Shown here one piece after another: positions 27,785-39,469 of a stretch of 64,000 nt of DNA. This DNA is from Psammoneis japonica (lineage: Eukaryota). Location of the stretch: contig QPGO01000084.1 in NCBI GenBank assembly GCA_008632985.1, forward strand, positions 248,001 to 312,000. Direction: 5' to 3'. Under the pieces are notes generated by a model. It was not told the DNA's origin. It saw nothing but the letters and a program-made list of their open reading frames with translations, and searched no databases. Within the stretch, counting starts at the first letter, position 1, and each line of letters starts with the position of its first letter. The position numbers and the translations under genes are program-made.

Positions 27785-29176
27785 ATGAGAAATGTATTGA
27801 CTGCGTTAATATGTCTCTGGACGACAAGCTCTACTAGCGGCTTTGCACCGTTGTATCAAAAGCAATCGCCACCTACGTATGCAGCGCCATCAAAGAAGCA
27901 ACCCGTGCTTCAAATGACACAAGTCGATGACAGTAGTCCCTCCTTTTCCAATCAAGTGCTCTCATTCATTACAGCGGGATTTATTACCTTTAGCAGCTTC
28001 CTTCCAGCACATCAAGCTATTGCAGCAACAGCACCGCCACCCGATGCAACAGTAACTCTCGCACCCGAAGTAGCTCAAGCTCGAACGGTGGATGCTGAAA
28101 AGGAGGCAGTCGCGGTTGCCAAGCAACAAGTCTCGGCGGAAAAGAAGACTTTGGATGCAGCCAAGGCAGAGGATAGCAAGGCCCTTGCTGCGGTAGAGAG
28201 TGCGGGAAAAACTGTCACGTCCAAGAAACAAAAACTGATTGAAATCAACGACAAGCTCGCCAAGGCGAAAACGAACAAGAATGAAAGGTCTATTGAACTA
28301 CTATCGGCACAACTTGGTGAGTCCACACAATCGGATTATGATATAGTGGTCCACAAAAATCTTACATGATACTTACTCCTTACGCTATACTCAGCTCAAT
28401 CCAAGGTCGCACTTGAGGAATCCCGAGCATCCTTGAAACAAGCCAAGGAAGCACAATCTAGGACGCACTCTGCCGTCGGTAGCGCCGAATCGAACTATAA
28501 GGCGGCAACGAAAAATGCAGAAAACGCCGCCAAGGCTGTCAAATCGTCGGAAAAGAAACTCGCCGAACTCAAGAAAAAGGCAGCCGATAACGCCAGAAGG
28601 GCCGCCAAGGCACAACAAGAGGCTGCAAAACGGGCCGCCAAGGCACAAAAGGAGGCGGCCAAAAAGGCAGCCAAGGCTCAGAAAAAGGCAGCGAAAGCGG
28701 CTGCCAAGGCGAAAAAGAAGGCCGCGCAGCAAGCCAAGAAACAAAAGGCAAAGCTAGCAAAACAAGCAAAGGAGCAAAAGGAAAAGGAAGCGAAAAGGCT
28801 CAAAGCGGAAAAGGAACAGGCTGCGAAAAAGCTCAAGGCCGAAAAGGAACAAGCCGCCAAAAAAGCAAAGGCCGAGAAGGAACAAGCGGCTAATAAGGCG
28901 AAAAAGGCTGCCGAACAAGCCAAACAACAGAAACAGCAACAACTTGCGATGCAGCAGCAAGAAAAGAAAAAGCGAGACGAAATTGCCAAGGCAGCCAAGC
29001 TTGCGCAAGAAAAGAAGGCACAGGCGATTCAAGCCGAACAAGCCAAAGTGAAGGAGCTGGAAAAGGCACGAGCGACCTATCTAAGTCAACAAAGCACCAA
29101 TCTCAAGGAGGCACAACGGGCAAAGTCACAACTAGAAGCCGAACTGGCCAAGCTCCAAAAACTCAAACAAGACTAA
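27785..29176 (+). CDS. Plastid-targeted (probably thylakoid-lumenal) Ala/Lys-rich coiled-coil protein; exons 27785-28316 and 28395-29176
   Basis: Signal peptide MRNVLTALICLWTTSSTSG-FAP (ASAFAP-type cleavage motif), then a second hydrophobic segment ending AHQAIAA. The intron gtgagt..actcag joins ORF 27749 and ORF 28433 in frame. Long KKAAKAQ/AEKEQAAKK repeats. Confidence 0.8.
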
Positions 29177-29242
29177 TAATAACAACAACAAAACGCGCTC
29201 GCTCCTCTCTATTATGGTATATATCCAATCTATATATCGTCT

Positions 29243-29383
29243 CGAGTGGTATCGCCTAGTAGCTAGTCTCGAGTGATGTCGTCCAGCTAGTCCCGACTGG
29301 TATCGCCTAGCTAGTATCGTGTGGCATCCTAGAATCGAGTGGTGTCGTCTAGCTAGTACCGAGTGGTATCGCCTAGCTAGTTC
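29243..29383. repeat. Degenerate ~24-bp tandem repeat (CGAGTGGTATCGCCTAGCTAGT), ~6 units
   Basis: Repeated units are directly visible between two convergent ORFs. Confidence 0.75.
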
Positions 29384-29960
29384 TAACGACGACGGCAGGA
29401 GTGGCCTCTTGCCAACTTCGAGCCTTGTGAATCACCTTGTCACCCACCGAAAACTTCGGAGGAATCTCCAAGAACACAGGCTCTCCTCCAGGTCCTTCCA
29501 CTGGATCGGCATAATTCACTGAGCAAGGGGGAAAGCAGAAAGAATAGTTCCGAACTGCGTTGCCGTCATAGATAATTTCGTCGATTTCGGCTGGATAGGT
29601 TTTGTCTGAGAACCGATACTTGAACGTCACCTTGTCCCCCACTGAATGTAATTTTGGCCAGGGCATCTCGGAACAAGGCTCCATGACAGGGTCTTCCTTA
29701 TACTTTGGATTCAAAAGCTCCGTGTCTCCTTCAGATGCTACCGAATACAACTTCACCTCGAAACGAGCTTCCTTGACAGTGTCTTCTTCTTCCTTCGGAT
29801 TGCACGGCTCCGTGTCTCCTTCAGATACTGCCGAATGTAACTTTGGCTTGGGCACCTCAAAAGGCTCTGCACCTCCTTCAGATACTGCCGACTGTAAGTT
29901 TGGCTGGGGCACCTTGTCTTTTTCTGCTTCCGATGCGACCGACGGTGGGGAGTTATTCAT
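29373..29960 (-). CDS. Hypothetical protein with L(H/Q/Y)SAVSEGDTEP repeats and two (F)SVGDKV Tudor/KOW-like starts
   Basis: 195-aa ORF with internal repeats. It terminates within the 24-bp tandem array and may be truncated. Confidence 0.45.
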   Translation of the reverse strand: MNNSPPSVASEAEKDKVPQPNLQSAVSEGGAEPFEVPKPKLHSAVSEGDTEPCNPKEEEDTVKEARFEVKLYSVASEGDTELLNPKYKEDPVMEPCSEMPWPKLHSVGDKVTFKYRFSDKTYPAEIDEIIYDGNAVRNYSFCFPPCSVNYADPVEGPGGEPVFLEIPPKFSVGDKVIHKARSWQEATPAVVVRTS

Positions 29961-30149
29961 TGGAAAGGGCTCGTGAAAGGCGCTTCCTGTTACTTGCTTG
30001 CTTCCTGTTACTTGCTTGCTTCTACTTTAATACGTGGAGGTTACTTTCCGTTTCTACCAAAAAGACTTTTAAAAAACTCGACATTCTCAAGTCCCCGAAG
30101 CTCCTCTAGCTCGTTACTACAGACCTTTTTCACAATTGTGTTTGTGCAT

Positions 30150-30815
30150 AACAAACACGCGGTCATATATAAGATGCACTCAAAGCCAAGTCGGCATATT
30201 TCGCCAAACCTTATTCAAACCCGTCCACGAGTGGATCATGAAAGTCAACTGTAACGCCGTTCTTGACCAGGGTGGTACAGAGGTCCGACTGGGGCGCGTC
30301 ACGTTGTATCCTACACGTTGCGCTTGTTGCTGACACCGCATACCAATACCTTGTGCATGGTAGCATGCTTCTTGATTCGGTCCATGGCTAGCTTGGAGGG
30401 ACGAGCGTGCATAGAAGCCATGGAACTTGAGAGAATAGGCCACGACAAATGTGGATCGGAGCCAATCAAGTAATGCGGATCGACGCGAATGCAGTGGCCA
30501 CCGAAGCAAATCCAGCTTCGAAACGCGCTAAAGCCATAGGGCTTGGTCTGGACAATCGTAAAGACCGTACTATAGAAGTGGAGAGCGGCCAAGGTGGACT
30601 CGGGATAAACACCGCCAACAACCTTGGGAATATCTTGAAGGGTCGGGACCTTGCGAGCGGGATCGATGCGTTAGGTCGGTGGAATAAGGAAAAAAGTGTT
30701 TAGTTCAGGTTTTCTTTCATCAAACGAAATACTATTAACAACAACCGAAACCAGCTTCACTTGCTAGAAGTGAAAGCACGACGTTTGGACCGCCACTCCT
30801 CGTACGTCGGATGGT
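30150..30815 (-). pseudogene. UDP-glucose/GDP-mannose (nucleotide-sugar) dehydrogenase family fragment, WbpA/WecC-like
   Basis: Translation gives RIDPARKVPTLQDIPKVVGGVYPESTLAALHFYSTVF, TKPYGFSAF...FGGHCIRVDPHYL (catalytic GGHC) and KVLVCGVSNKRNV*DT. The central helical segment is missing and there are stops. Confidence 0.75.
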
Positions 30816-30818
30816 AGC

Positions 30819-30838
30819 GGGTTAGGGTTAGGGTTAGG
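30819..30838 (+). repeat. Interstitial telomere-like repeat (TTAGGG)3
   Basis: gggttagggttagggttagg. Confidence 0.7.
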
Positions 30839-31891
30839 AGAATCTAGTCTTTCAGACATATTTCTTATCCTCGGACAGAGCTCGAGTGGTCTCTTGTTTC
30901 ATTGTTTCCGTCGTCGATGCGGAAGCATTGTCGATAGAGTCAGTTTCCACAGTGTCAATGGCTGCGAGATATTCCCCCCCACCTGAACTCAACGAAGAAT
31001 CTACGTCAGATCGGATTAAAGTCTCAAACGAAATGTCTTCTCACGTCGCTCATGATTCAAACCACATTCCCGTGCTTGGAAGAGCTTGATTGGCCGTTTT
31101 TGATTGCAGAAAAGTTTTGGTGGTGCAATGAATCCATAGTTCACAACCGAGTCTAAGCTCGACCGATTTCTGAGAAGCAGGAACACAAAGAAGACAAAGG
31201 AGCAGCACAAGAGAACCAATCGCGTCCAGAACAAGCACCACGAGGTCGCGAGGGAGCCGGGCACAACATGAAACGAAAGTGCTTCACAAGGAAGCGCCAC
31301 GTTTTGTTTACAACAAGCTTTCCCCTCCCAGCATCATCACTCATTTCCTATTCACCTTCTCATCATGCTCGAGCCAAAAGAAAGTTGATGGTACTTTCTG
31401 TTGATGGGACGAGGTTGATTGAACGTCTCAGCAGAAACGTTTGGCTTGACCGTAGGGCCCTACCCAGAATGATTATTTGTACAGGTGCCTGTAGGAACTT
31501 TTGTGTGATAATATAGCTCCTCATAATATAGCTCCTCGTCACGGCCTGTACAAGAGGTCGCGCTATTCCACACACTACCCAGCTTACCTACGCTACATCC
31601 TCGTTATTATTTCGACACAAATTCAATGTCGGGTCTCTGATAATGCACTCTTGAGGCAAGGGTACTCCTGCCAACGACATCACCGACAAAAGACACTTGG
31701 CAGAGGTGGGAGGTGGTCTGAGGGGGCGCCGTTTACATTTATACTTCGGTATTTATACTAAAGAAAGAGCTACCACAGTCCATGAGAATGGATCCCACCC
31801 GGCTTTGTCTGAATCAATAGACAGTGCTTCGTTGTTTGCACCTGACTTCGTCCCACGGCATCTCGCACCTATTGTCGCCATTTTCATTCAT

Positions 31892-33759
31892 TCAGTCTAT
31901 GCTTTGCCCCGTTATTCTCTTCAAATGTGGGTGGAACAGCAGACGTCGAAAACGAACCAGATGAAGTACTGTAATTTGAAACAAGATAATGCAAAATACA
32001 ACTTTCGTATAATTGGCACATCCCGGAAAGAGGGTCCGCTCAACTTGATGAAGCCAATCTTTTGATTCCACAAGAGCTGAATACCAAACAATGAAGGGTA
32101 ATACAAAGAAGCGCGTGTATCTGGCAAGAAAGGAATGAAAGAAAGCGATTGCAGGTAAGACTTTAATCTTCAGAAAGCACACAAAGGGTACTTAGCCAAC
32201 AAACAAGCTTACAAGTATGACGGAACCACCAAAACTCTATGGATATTGGTGATGACAGTCTTGTTTGAGAGAAAAGAACGGTTCGATGGCGCGTTGATGC
32301 ATAATTGTAACAAATGCAGGAATACACTGGATACGTCCAAAGCAAACATGCCCACCGCCCCTAATCGACGGAGCGAGGAGAAAAAGTAGCACCCCACTAA
32401 ACATGAGATGGCAATCGAATGCTGAGCCAAGCTCGTCACATAAGATGACTTCGAAAACCCTCTCTTGGCCGATGGCAACAATCTTGGTATCTCATCTTGT
32501 CGCTTCTTGGATTGGTTCCTTTGGAACAACACCAATAGCACAAGTGACAATAGGTGAAAGCACAAACTGTGCAAATGATACGACGCTTGCAAAATAAAGT
32601 ACCTTTTGAGAGTGGAATTCAATTCGTCAAAATCCACCGCAACATCACCGCCAAAGCCCCCTCTTAAATCCCAACAATTACGAGTCGATTGTCCCATGTT
32701 TCCCCCTACGTACGGAGGCCAAAAGCTGGCGTTTCGAAACCAAAGCAAAGCACATACGCATGCAGTAGTGCTGTACCCCAATCGAAAGACGGCTGTGGCA
32801 TATCGTGGTGCAGCAAACAAACGAGTTTTTGGTTTATCTTGATGTCGTTTGTGAGAGTCGCTCTGTGTTTTACCATCATCCTCGTTCGCTTCGTCATCAA
32901 GGTCATGCCCCAAGGCTAACAGTGAGGATCGACTGGCACTGCGGCTAAGAGTGACAATCCAGTCTTGATCGTCCAACTCCGAAGCTGGTTCTGGATTCGG
33001 TTCGTTTCTCTTTTCTTCTTGTTTCGCATCAAATGGGAGAGGCGGCAGAGATTCGCGAGGCAATTCACGAATCATTCGATCATCCTTAGCGCTCTTGGGT
33101 GTTAGCAAATAAGAACTCGAAAGCAAGTGCGTCGACTTGCTTCGCACCAAGGCTTCAAGTCTTGATGAACTCTCCAAGTATTGTGGAACGAGAGCGTGTA
33201 CAAGTAAAATCCGAATGACCGCCATGGACAAGCTCAGAATGGTAACCAGCATGGCATCCGATACGGCAGAAGTCGTGTCGAGTACAACCAAGTCTTCTTG
33301 TTCCTCTAAAGCAGAATCTGGCAAGCACCAACTTGTGTATCCCCAGCTTGTACACAGATAGGCACTCGCCACAGTGTAATAGTCACTAGCCATGTTGTAA
33401 TAGTGCGTGTAGTAGCTTTCGACTTCTAGTGCTTCTTGTGGCTCTTCCAGGACCAGACCGGCATGTCGTTGTTGAAGCAATTTGGGAAATCTTACTATAA
33501 ACCCCAACAAGGTAGGGAGAGTCAAGCATAGACCATACACTATAGCTCCCTGCAGAAAATCACTAAAGGCTTGATTGGAGACTTTTTGTTTTTCCTTTTC
33601 AGCTTTTCGCTCATGCATAGTCGGCGTTTTGTCAAGGAGTTGTTTCCTCTTCTTCTTTTTTTTTAGGCCCCTCTTTTTGGCCACCACAGCCATGGTGATA
33701 TCCACATTGAATAAGGTTTCATCTTCATCGTCGTCTCCTGCTGCTGTTTCGTTGGTCAT
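31892..33759 (-). CDS. TLC (TRAM/LAG1/CLN8) domain membrane protein, ceramide-synthase-like; exons 33759-32213 and 32120-31892
   Basis: Long ORF with several TM segments; RYATAVFRLGY, FWPPYVGG, LKRYFILQASYHLHS, QHSIAISCLVGCY, RLGAVGMFALDVSSVFL. The intron 32121-32212 (gtaagc..gccag) joins it in frame to YTRFFVLP. Confidence 0.8.
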
Positions 33760-33888
33760 TTGGCTCGTAGAAGTATTAACAGGGCCCTCTAGAGTGTAGA
33801 GGATATGAAAATGTTTGCGGTGTGGGCCGACCACTAACTGTGCACTATTAAATTAAATATCCCTGCTTATTTTTCACGAGCTCTAATT

Positions 33889-34205
33889 TGCACACGAACC
33901 ACATGCTGGTTCCTGTGCATTTACGTACATTTTATACCAGTCGCATCGTAGAGGGGTGTTGTTCGCCGGCCCTGACGAACTCTTTCTCAGACATAAAATA
34001 CTTTTCACGACGTTCCGGCACATGACTGCCGGCTCGGTGGACACTGTTTCGAGTGCGTTTTCACGTAGAGCCTACTGCAGATGTAGGCATTCAGATTTAA
34101 TTCGGTACAAATCTACGCAGCATTTTGCGTAGGGTGCACACGAACCACCAGGTGGTTCGTGTGCACCCAAAAATGCACACGGACCACCAGGTGGTTCGTG
34201 TGCAT
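33889..34205. repeat. Three copies of a palindromic hairpin TGCACACGAACCAC-N-GTGGTTCGTGTGCA
   Basis: Copies at 33889-33919, 34132-34168 (perfect 18-bp arms) and 34173-34205. Confidence 0.8.
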
Positions 34206-34256
34206 AAGCAGGGATATCCCGGCGGCTTGGGAGGTGCTCTTCATCAGTCTACTACT

Positions 34257-36655
34257 CACCCCTGCGTCAGTGGAGAGTATGGTTGGTGATGTCATGGTGA
34301 TGTATGCTCACGTCATGGCATTTTTATATTTGTATAAATGTAAAGACAATTACATTTGTACACAAATGCTTATAGTTGCAGGAAAAATCCTGAACCATAC
34401 TCTCCCCTAAATCTCGAGCCGCCTCGAAGGGACCCCACCAATTGACCAGTTTTCAGCCATCTCTTTACCGCGAAAAAAGCACGCGGCACAACAACCTCAC
34501 CATGATGCTTTCAGAATGTTCGTCCCCTCTCACTTATGACGAAGAAGCGACCGACGGTACTGATGATATTTAACCCACTGCAACAGGCAACGTTGTTGAA
34601 ATTACCGTCGTAGCCCTATTGCTTCCGAAATAATACCTTATTTACTGACACTCTGTTTTTTCAGCTCCACCGCCTGCCGAAGCTTCTGGCATGAATGACA
34701 ACGCCGCTTCTGCCTTTCCCGTAGCTACCACGCCCGGAACCTTTCCTTACCCGACTGGTACAACAGGTAATTATGTTGCTTTGTCTCTCATTAGCCTAAT
34801 ACTGACGAAATTATTTGGTACCAACTAACACCTTTTTTCTGTGGCTGCGCAGCGCCTACCACTGATTTTATCACCAATGCCAACGCTATGACCAATATTA
34901 CGGCGGATGGCACCCCCGGTGCCTTTCCTACTACGCCCGGTCCATCAGGTAATAACACATGTATCATGTATTGCTGTTGTGTACCAAAAATACCAAGAGT
35001 ACTGTTACACTATCTCACGCCATTTTCACTCATGCTCCACAGTGCATGCCACTGCTTCCGTAATTAACTAGCTACACTAGTCGTACTAACTTCAAACTGT
35101 ATTGATGAACGCGTATGTAGCCTGTTCTGATTGAGCATCTCCCTCTTGGCTCTCACAAAAGGATACCGGTATTGGAAACGATGGTGAAACCACAATTCAC
35201 AATGCATAATACTGGCTTTGGATAAGATAGAGAGCTTGACACATTAATGGAGTTCGCTACCCGAAAAAATGCACGCCATGGTGGAGTGGATGCTGCCTCT
35301 TGTTTCGGATATCTCATTCTGCTACTACAGATAGACGAAAGACGAAAGGTCCCTAGGTTCAAGTGAGTTTGACTTACGAAGCTACTGAAGTCTCTCAAGA
35401 ATGTCCCAACCTGTTCTTGAACTATACTTTCCAGAATCCAGAAAGCGGCGGAGGCGGCTCTCGCCTCGCGGAGAGGCTTGTTGCTAAAATTAAAAAAAAA
35501 ATACTGTCCTGGAGTCTCTCTCTAGAACTAGGAAAAAGAAAGGTTTATAATGCTGTACTGCATTCTCTCTAACTAGAGCTAGAAAAAAGAAAGGTTGGAG
35601 AGATAGAGATGTCACTTCAATCACCATGATGACCGACTCTGACTACTCTAGAACCAGGTCTAGCTAGTAGAGTAGAGAGCTACTAGTAGCTAGAGAGAGA
35701 CTACTGTAGCTACTACTCTCTCTAGAGAGTAGAGAGCTCCTCTACTACTAGTAGAGAGAGTAGCTAGCTACTAGAAGTAGCTAGAGTACTACAGTAGCTA
35801 GGCCTAGCTCTAGAGAGTAGAGAGTAGAGTACAGTAGGAGTAGTCTAGACCAATCTACACCCGGAAACAACTTGGCGTGTTTGTCCTTACGACGACGGCG
35901 CGTAGGGACGGAGGCGGCGTTTGATTTCGTGACTCTGGGATACATGTGTTATTACCTGATGGACCGGGCGTAGTAGGAAAGGCACCGGGGGTGTCATCCG
36001 CCGGAACATTGGTCATAGCGTTGGTATTGGTGATAGAATGGGATCTGTCCCCATAGCGGTAGGCGCTGCGCAGCAACATAAAAATGGTGTTAGTTGGTAC
36101 TAAATAATTTCGTCAGTTTGGGGCTAATGAGAGACAAAGCGACATCATTACCTCTTGTACCAGTCGGGTTAGGAAACGTTTCGGGCGTGGCAGATACAGG
36201 AAAGGCAGAAGCGGCGTTGTCATTCATGCCAGAAGCTTCGGCAGGCGGTGGAGCTGAAAAAACAGAGTGTCAGTATATAAGGTATAATTTCGGAAGCAAT
36301 AGGCTTACGACGGCAATTTCAACAACATTGCCTGTTGCAGTGGGGTTAACAACATCAGTACCGTCGGTCGTTTCTTCGTCGGAAGTGGGAGGGGACGAAT
36401 ATTCTGAAAGCATCATGGTAAGGTTGCTGGGACGCGTGCTTTTTTCGCGGCGCTGCAGAGCACCAAAAGTGCTCAATTGGTGGGGTCCCTTCGAGGCGGC
36501 TCGAGATTTAGGGGTGCTATGGGATGCAGGAGATTACTTATGCATATATGTGTATTCGCCTTAAGACGAATATTCTCTTAAAAACGCATGTGATGACATC
36601 ATCACACATCACACACAACCACATCCCATACTGTAGTGCCACTGACGCAGGGGTG
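34257..36655. mobile_element. Foldback/MULE-like element with long inverted arms and a probable 9-bp TSD (CAGTCTACT)
   Basis: Terminal CACCCCTGCGTCAGTGG is inverted at both ends. ~560-bp inverted arms at 34404-34965 and 35939-36514. CAGTCTACT occurs at 34245-34253 (3 nt from the end) and at 36656-36664. Confidence 0.75.
35515..35850. repeat. Low-complexity CTAG/TAGAG/TACT-rich tract in the spacer of the foldback element
   Basis: e.g. tagctagtagagtagagagctactagtagctagagagaga. Confidence 0.75.
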
Positions 36656-36799
36656 CAGTCTACTGTGAGTGCGTTCATTCAGTGTGGCGTGGACGACCTC
36701 CCTCGCACTCGTCTCATCGTGATGCGTCGCGAGCCGCGCGAGCACGCACCGACCCGAAGGTCTCCTCACAACATTGGGATGCAATGACAAATTTGACCA

Positions 36800-38150
36800 G
36801 ATTTATCTCACAGATGGCATGCTGTACACAAGCATTCCAACCTGACCAGTGCAGCAACTCTTGCCGCTAAAGTTGGGTCCGGCAGTGACATTGACACGAC
36901 TCTGACCCCCACTCATGTTTGTGTCGTTCCCAATGAAGAATTCGCCATCCACAATGAGCTCTCCAGCACGGTGCTGATGCCTGCCATTCTTGATTTGAAC
37001 ACACACGTTTGGCCAGCCGGGAGCAACTGGGGGCTGGGACAACACAAAGTGTCTTTTGTTTCAGCTTCAGGTGTGGTGGTGCAGGAGGTGTCAAGTGGTG
37101 TCTTTCGAGTTCACGAGAAATCCTGCTTGTGGAATGAAAACTGCACCGAAGTTTCGAAAGCATGTTGTTTCAGCGCGCTTGTCGCCAAGTTGGTCTGCTG
37201 TGGATGTGAGCAAGTCTGTGTGTTTGTGTTGCAAATCACAGTGCAGCACAATGACATGATCACTCACCACCAAAGTTTTTGCATTGCTCCCTGCTCGTGT
37301 CTGTTCTTTGGACTCAAGCGCCAGCTGTTCTTGATCGACGATGGAGGTGATTCGGCCTTGCCAATCCCGCATGATTGGAGCGGCACATTTGTCCAAGAGA
37401 CGTCCAACAAAGGAAAAAAATTGCTTGGCAGCCTCCTTGACATCAGGTTTGGGTGGGATGGTTCCATTGAGCAAGTCTTTGAGCAGACTCTCAAAGCTCA
37501 CAGTGAGAATGTCACAAGTCCTTGAGGCCGCGTCCAGTGTCTTGGTGTGCACAACAAAATCCATGGGTTTGGTGAGACGCTTTTTTTCCTTGTGACATGA
37601 TCTCATTGACAGCACCAATGCTTTCCAGATTGGACATTGGCTCAGCTGCGCTGTCATCAAAGTCTGACTGCAAACACATTTTCACTCCTTCTTGAAGTTT
37701 GGCAACTTGGCCACAACCCAACAGCGGCTTGAGCATCCATTCTCACAAACAATGCAGCACCCCACTTTGGACTTGGTCCAATCCAACAGACTGAAGAGAC
37801 TCAACCCCACTTTGGACTTGGTCCAATCCAACAGGCTAAAGAGACTCAACCACTCAATCCTTGACACATGTCACTGTCCCTTGGCCATGAGTGGATGATG
37901 CTTGGCAGCAAAAATGAGCAAGGCCTGAGAAGCGTGGCGGAGTCTGGTTGAAAAATGACATCTTGCAAAAAAGACAAGAGAGCACCAAGTGTTTTCAGTT
38001 GAACAGGGGAATCAAAATCCACAAGACTTGCAATTGGGCCAAGGGTTGACACCTGAGTCAGGGGGGGGCTGCCTCTGGAGCGCATGCGTGTGAGAAGGCA
38101 ATGTGCGACATCACCCAGCGGTGCAGTGTGAAGCACAGATGGCGTGCCAA
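36800..38150 (-). pseudogene. MSH5: MutS homolog MSH5 (meiotic) degraded fragment
   Basis: LSLFSLLDWTKSKVG (duplicated, 45 bp) ... EWMLKPL; VFIPQAGFLV; VQIKNGRH..ELIVDGEFFIGNDT..RVNVTAGPNFSGKSCCTGQVGMLVY (MutS P-loop; consensus SCY is read as SCC). Frameshifts. Confidence 0.75.
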
Positions 38151-38599
38151 TGGGATGAAATGGCGTCATGCAGGCAGGGAACAGGATGGTTCTTGGGGTT
38201 GGATTGGCAAGCTGTGATTCAAGTTTGGTGGAGCAGCAAAGAAGTTGGTCAGCAAGGGATTGATGGTTCTTGGGGTTGGACTGGCAAGTTGTGATTCAAG
38301 TTTGGTGGAGCAATTTCCATTTTGTGCTTGCAGGGTGTGCCCCGGTCATGAGGTCTTGAGTGGGAGGCAGGCAAGCCAGGAGCCAGCAGGAGAGAGAGTG
38401 CAATGAGAGAGTTGTTGAGGGTGAAAGGATGGATGAGAGTGTGGCGGTGATGTGTGGCGGGCCATGGCAGCAGAGGTGATCAAGTTGGTCGGCAAATTGC
38501 AGGTGATGTGTGGTGTGAGGGAGCAGGTTGGGGGGGTGTGGCTGGGGCTGCCCAGTTCATTGTGTTGGTTGAGGGGGGCAACCACCCAGGAGCACGCAC

Positions 38600-39450
38600 A
38601 CATGAGGAGTTCATGTGGAACATCACCTGGCGGCACTGAGGGAGGGGCAGACACGTGAAGCAAGGGTGGAATTGAGTCACACAGGCAGGAAAAGGGATGG
38701 ACTTTGAGTTGGGGTTGGAGAGTTGGGGTTGCAGTTTGGCAGAGCAGTGGGTCAATTGTTCAGCAAGATTTGGCAATTGCAAGGATCAGGCTTTGAAGGC
38801 CCCACTGTGATGGAGTGGAGAAGCGTGGCGGGTCAGGCCAAAGCATTCGGCTGTTGTGCCTTTTGCCAAGCAGTGCTGGCAGTGTGGAGAATGGCCAATG
38901 GTGATGATTGGGTGCAGGCACATGCAGCATGGGCAGCTGGGTGTTGGGAAGAGGATTCAGTGGGCCAGGGAGGGGCTGTTGTGGCAGGGATGGGGTGTTC
39001 TTGGTTGGCGCCAAAAAGAAGGTGGTGGGCACAGCAGCCAGGGGCTCCTGGATGGTCAACAGTGAATGGGATGAGGCAAATGCTGGCATCATTGAGGGCG
39101 GATGTAAGGGTGGCTTGGTGTTGGGTTTCATGGGTTCTGTTGAACTTCCGTTTGGTGCTCACATGGTGTGCCTTGGTGCGAGGGTCAAGGGTGAGGGCAG
39201 ACAAGCCAGGAGCAGGCAATGAAGGAGGTTTGGGGATGGCAACATTGATTGAAAGGTGGCGGTGTCTGAGAGGAGAGGCAGTGGAGGCAGGAGGCAGCTG
39301 GGGTGAGCCAGATGCCCACATCAGCAGGGCGCTTGAGGGAGTGAATGGGGCATCAAGTCAGCGGGTTCATGGTGGATGGCAGATGAGTCAGCGCAGATGC
39401 CGGATGGAGGGGCGAGTGTTTGGAGAGTCACATGTGGGCTGTCTTGGGCG
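38600..39450 (-). mobile_element. Probable non-LTR retrotransposon (CRE/R2-type) restriction-like endonuclease fragment
   Basis: Minus-strand translation gives KRPADVGIWL ... LSINVAIP ... KRKFN ... LIPFTVDHPGAPG, which resembles the RPAD-DV-K..KY-P..VE..G RLE motif order. Confidence 0.5.
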
Positions 39451-39469
39451 GCATTGGACATGGTTGTTT

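Noticed and set aside
29243..29383. CRISPR-like array
   Set aside because: Units are directly tandem without unique spacers, the context is eukaryotic and no cas genes are present.
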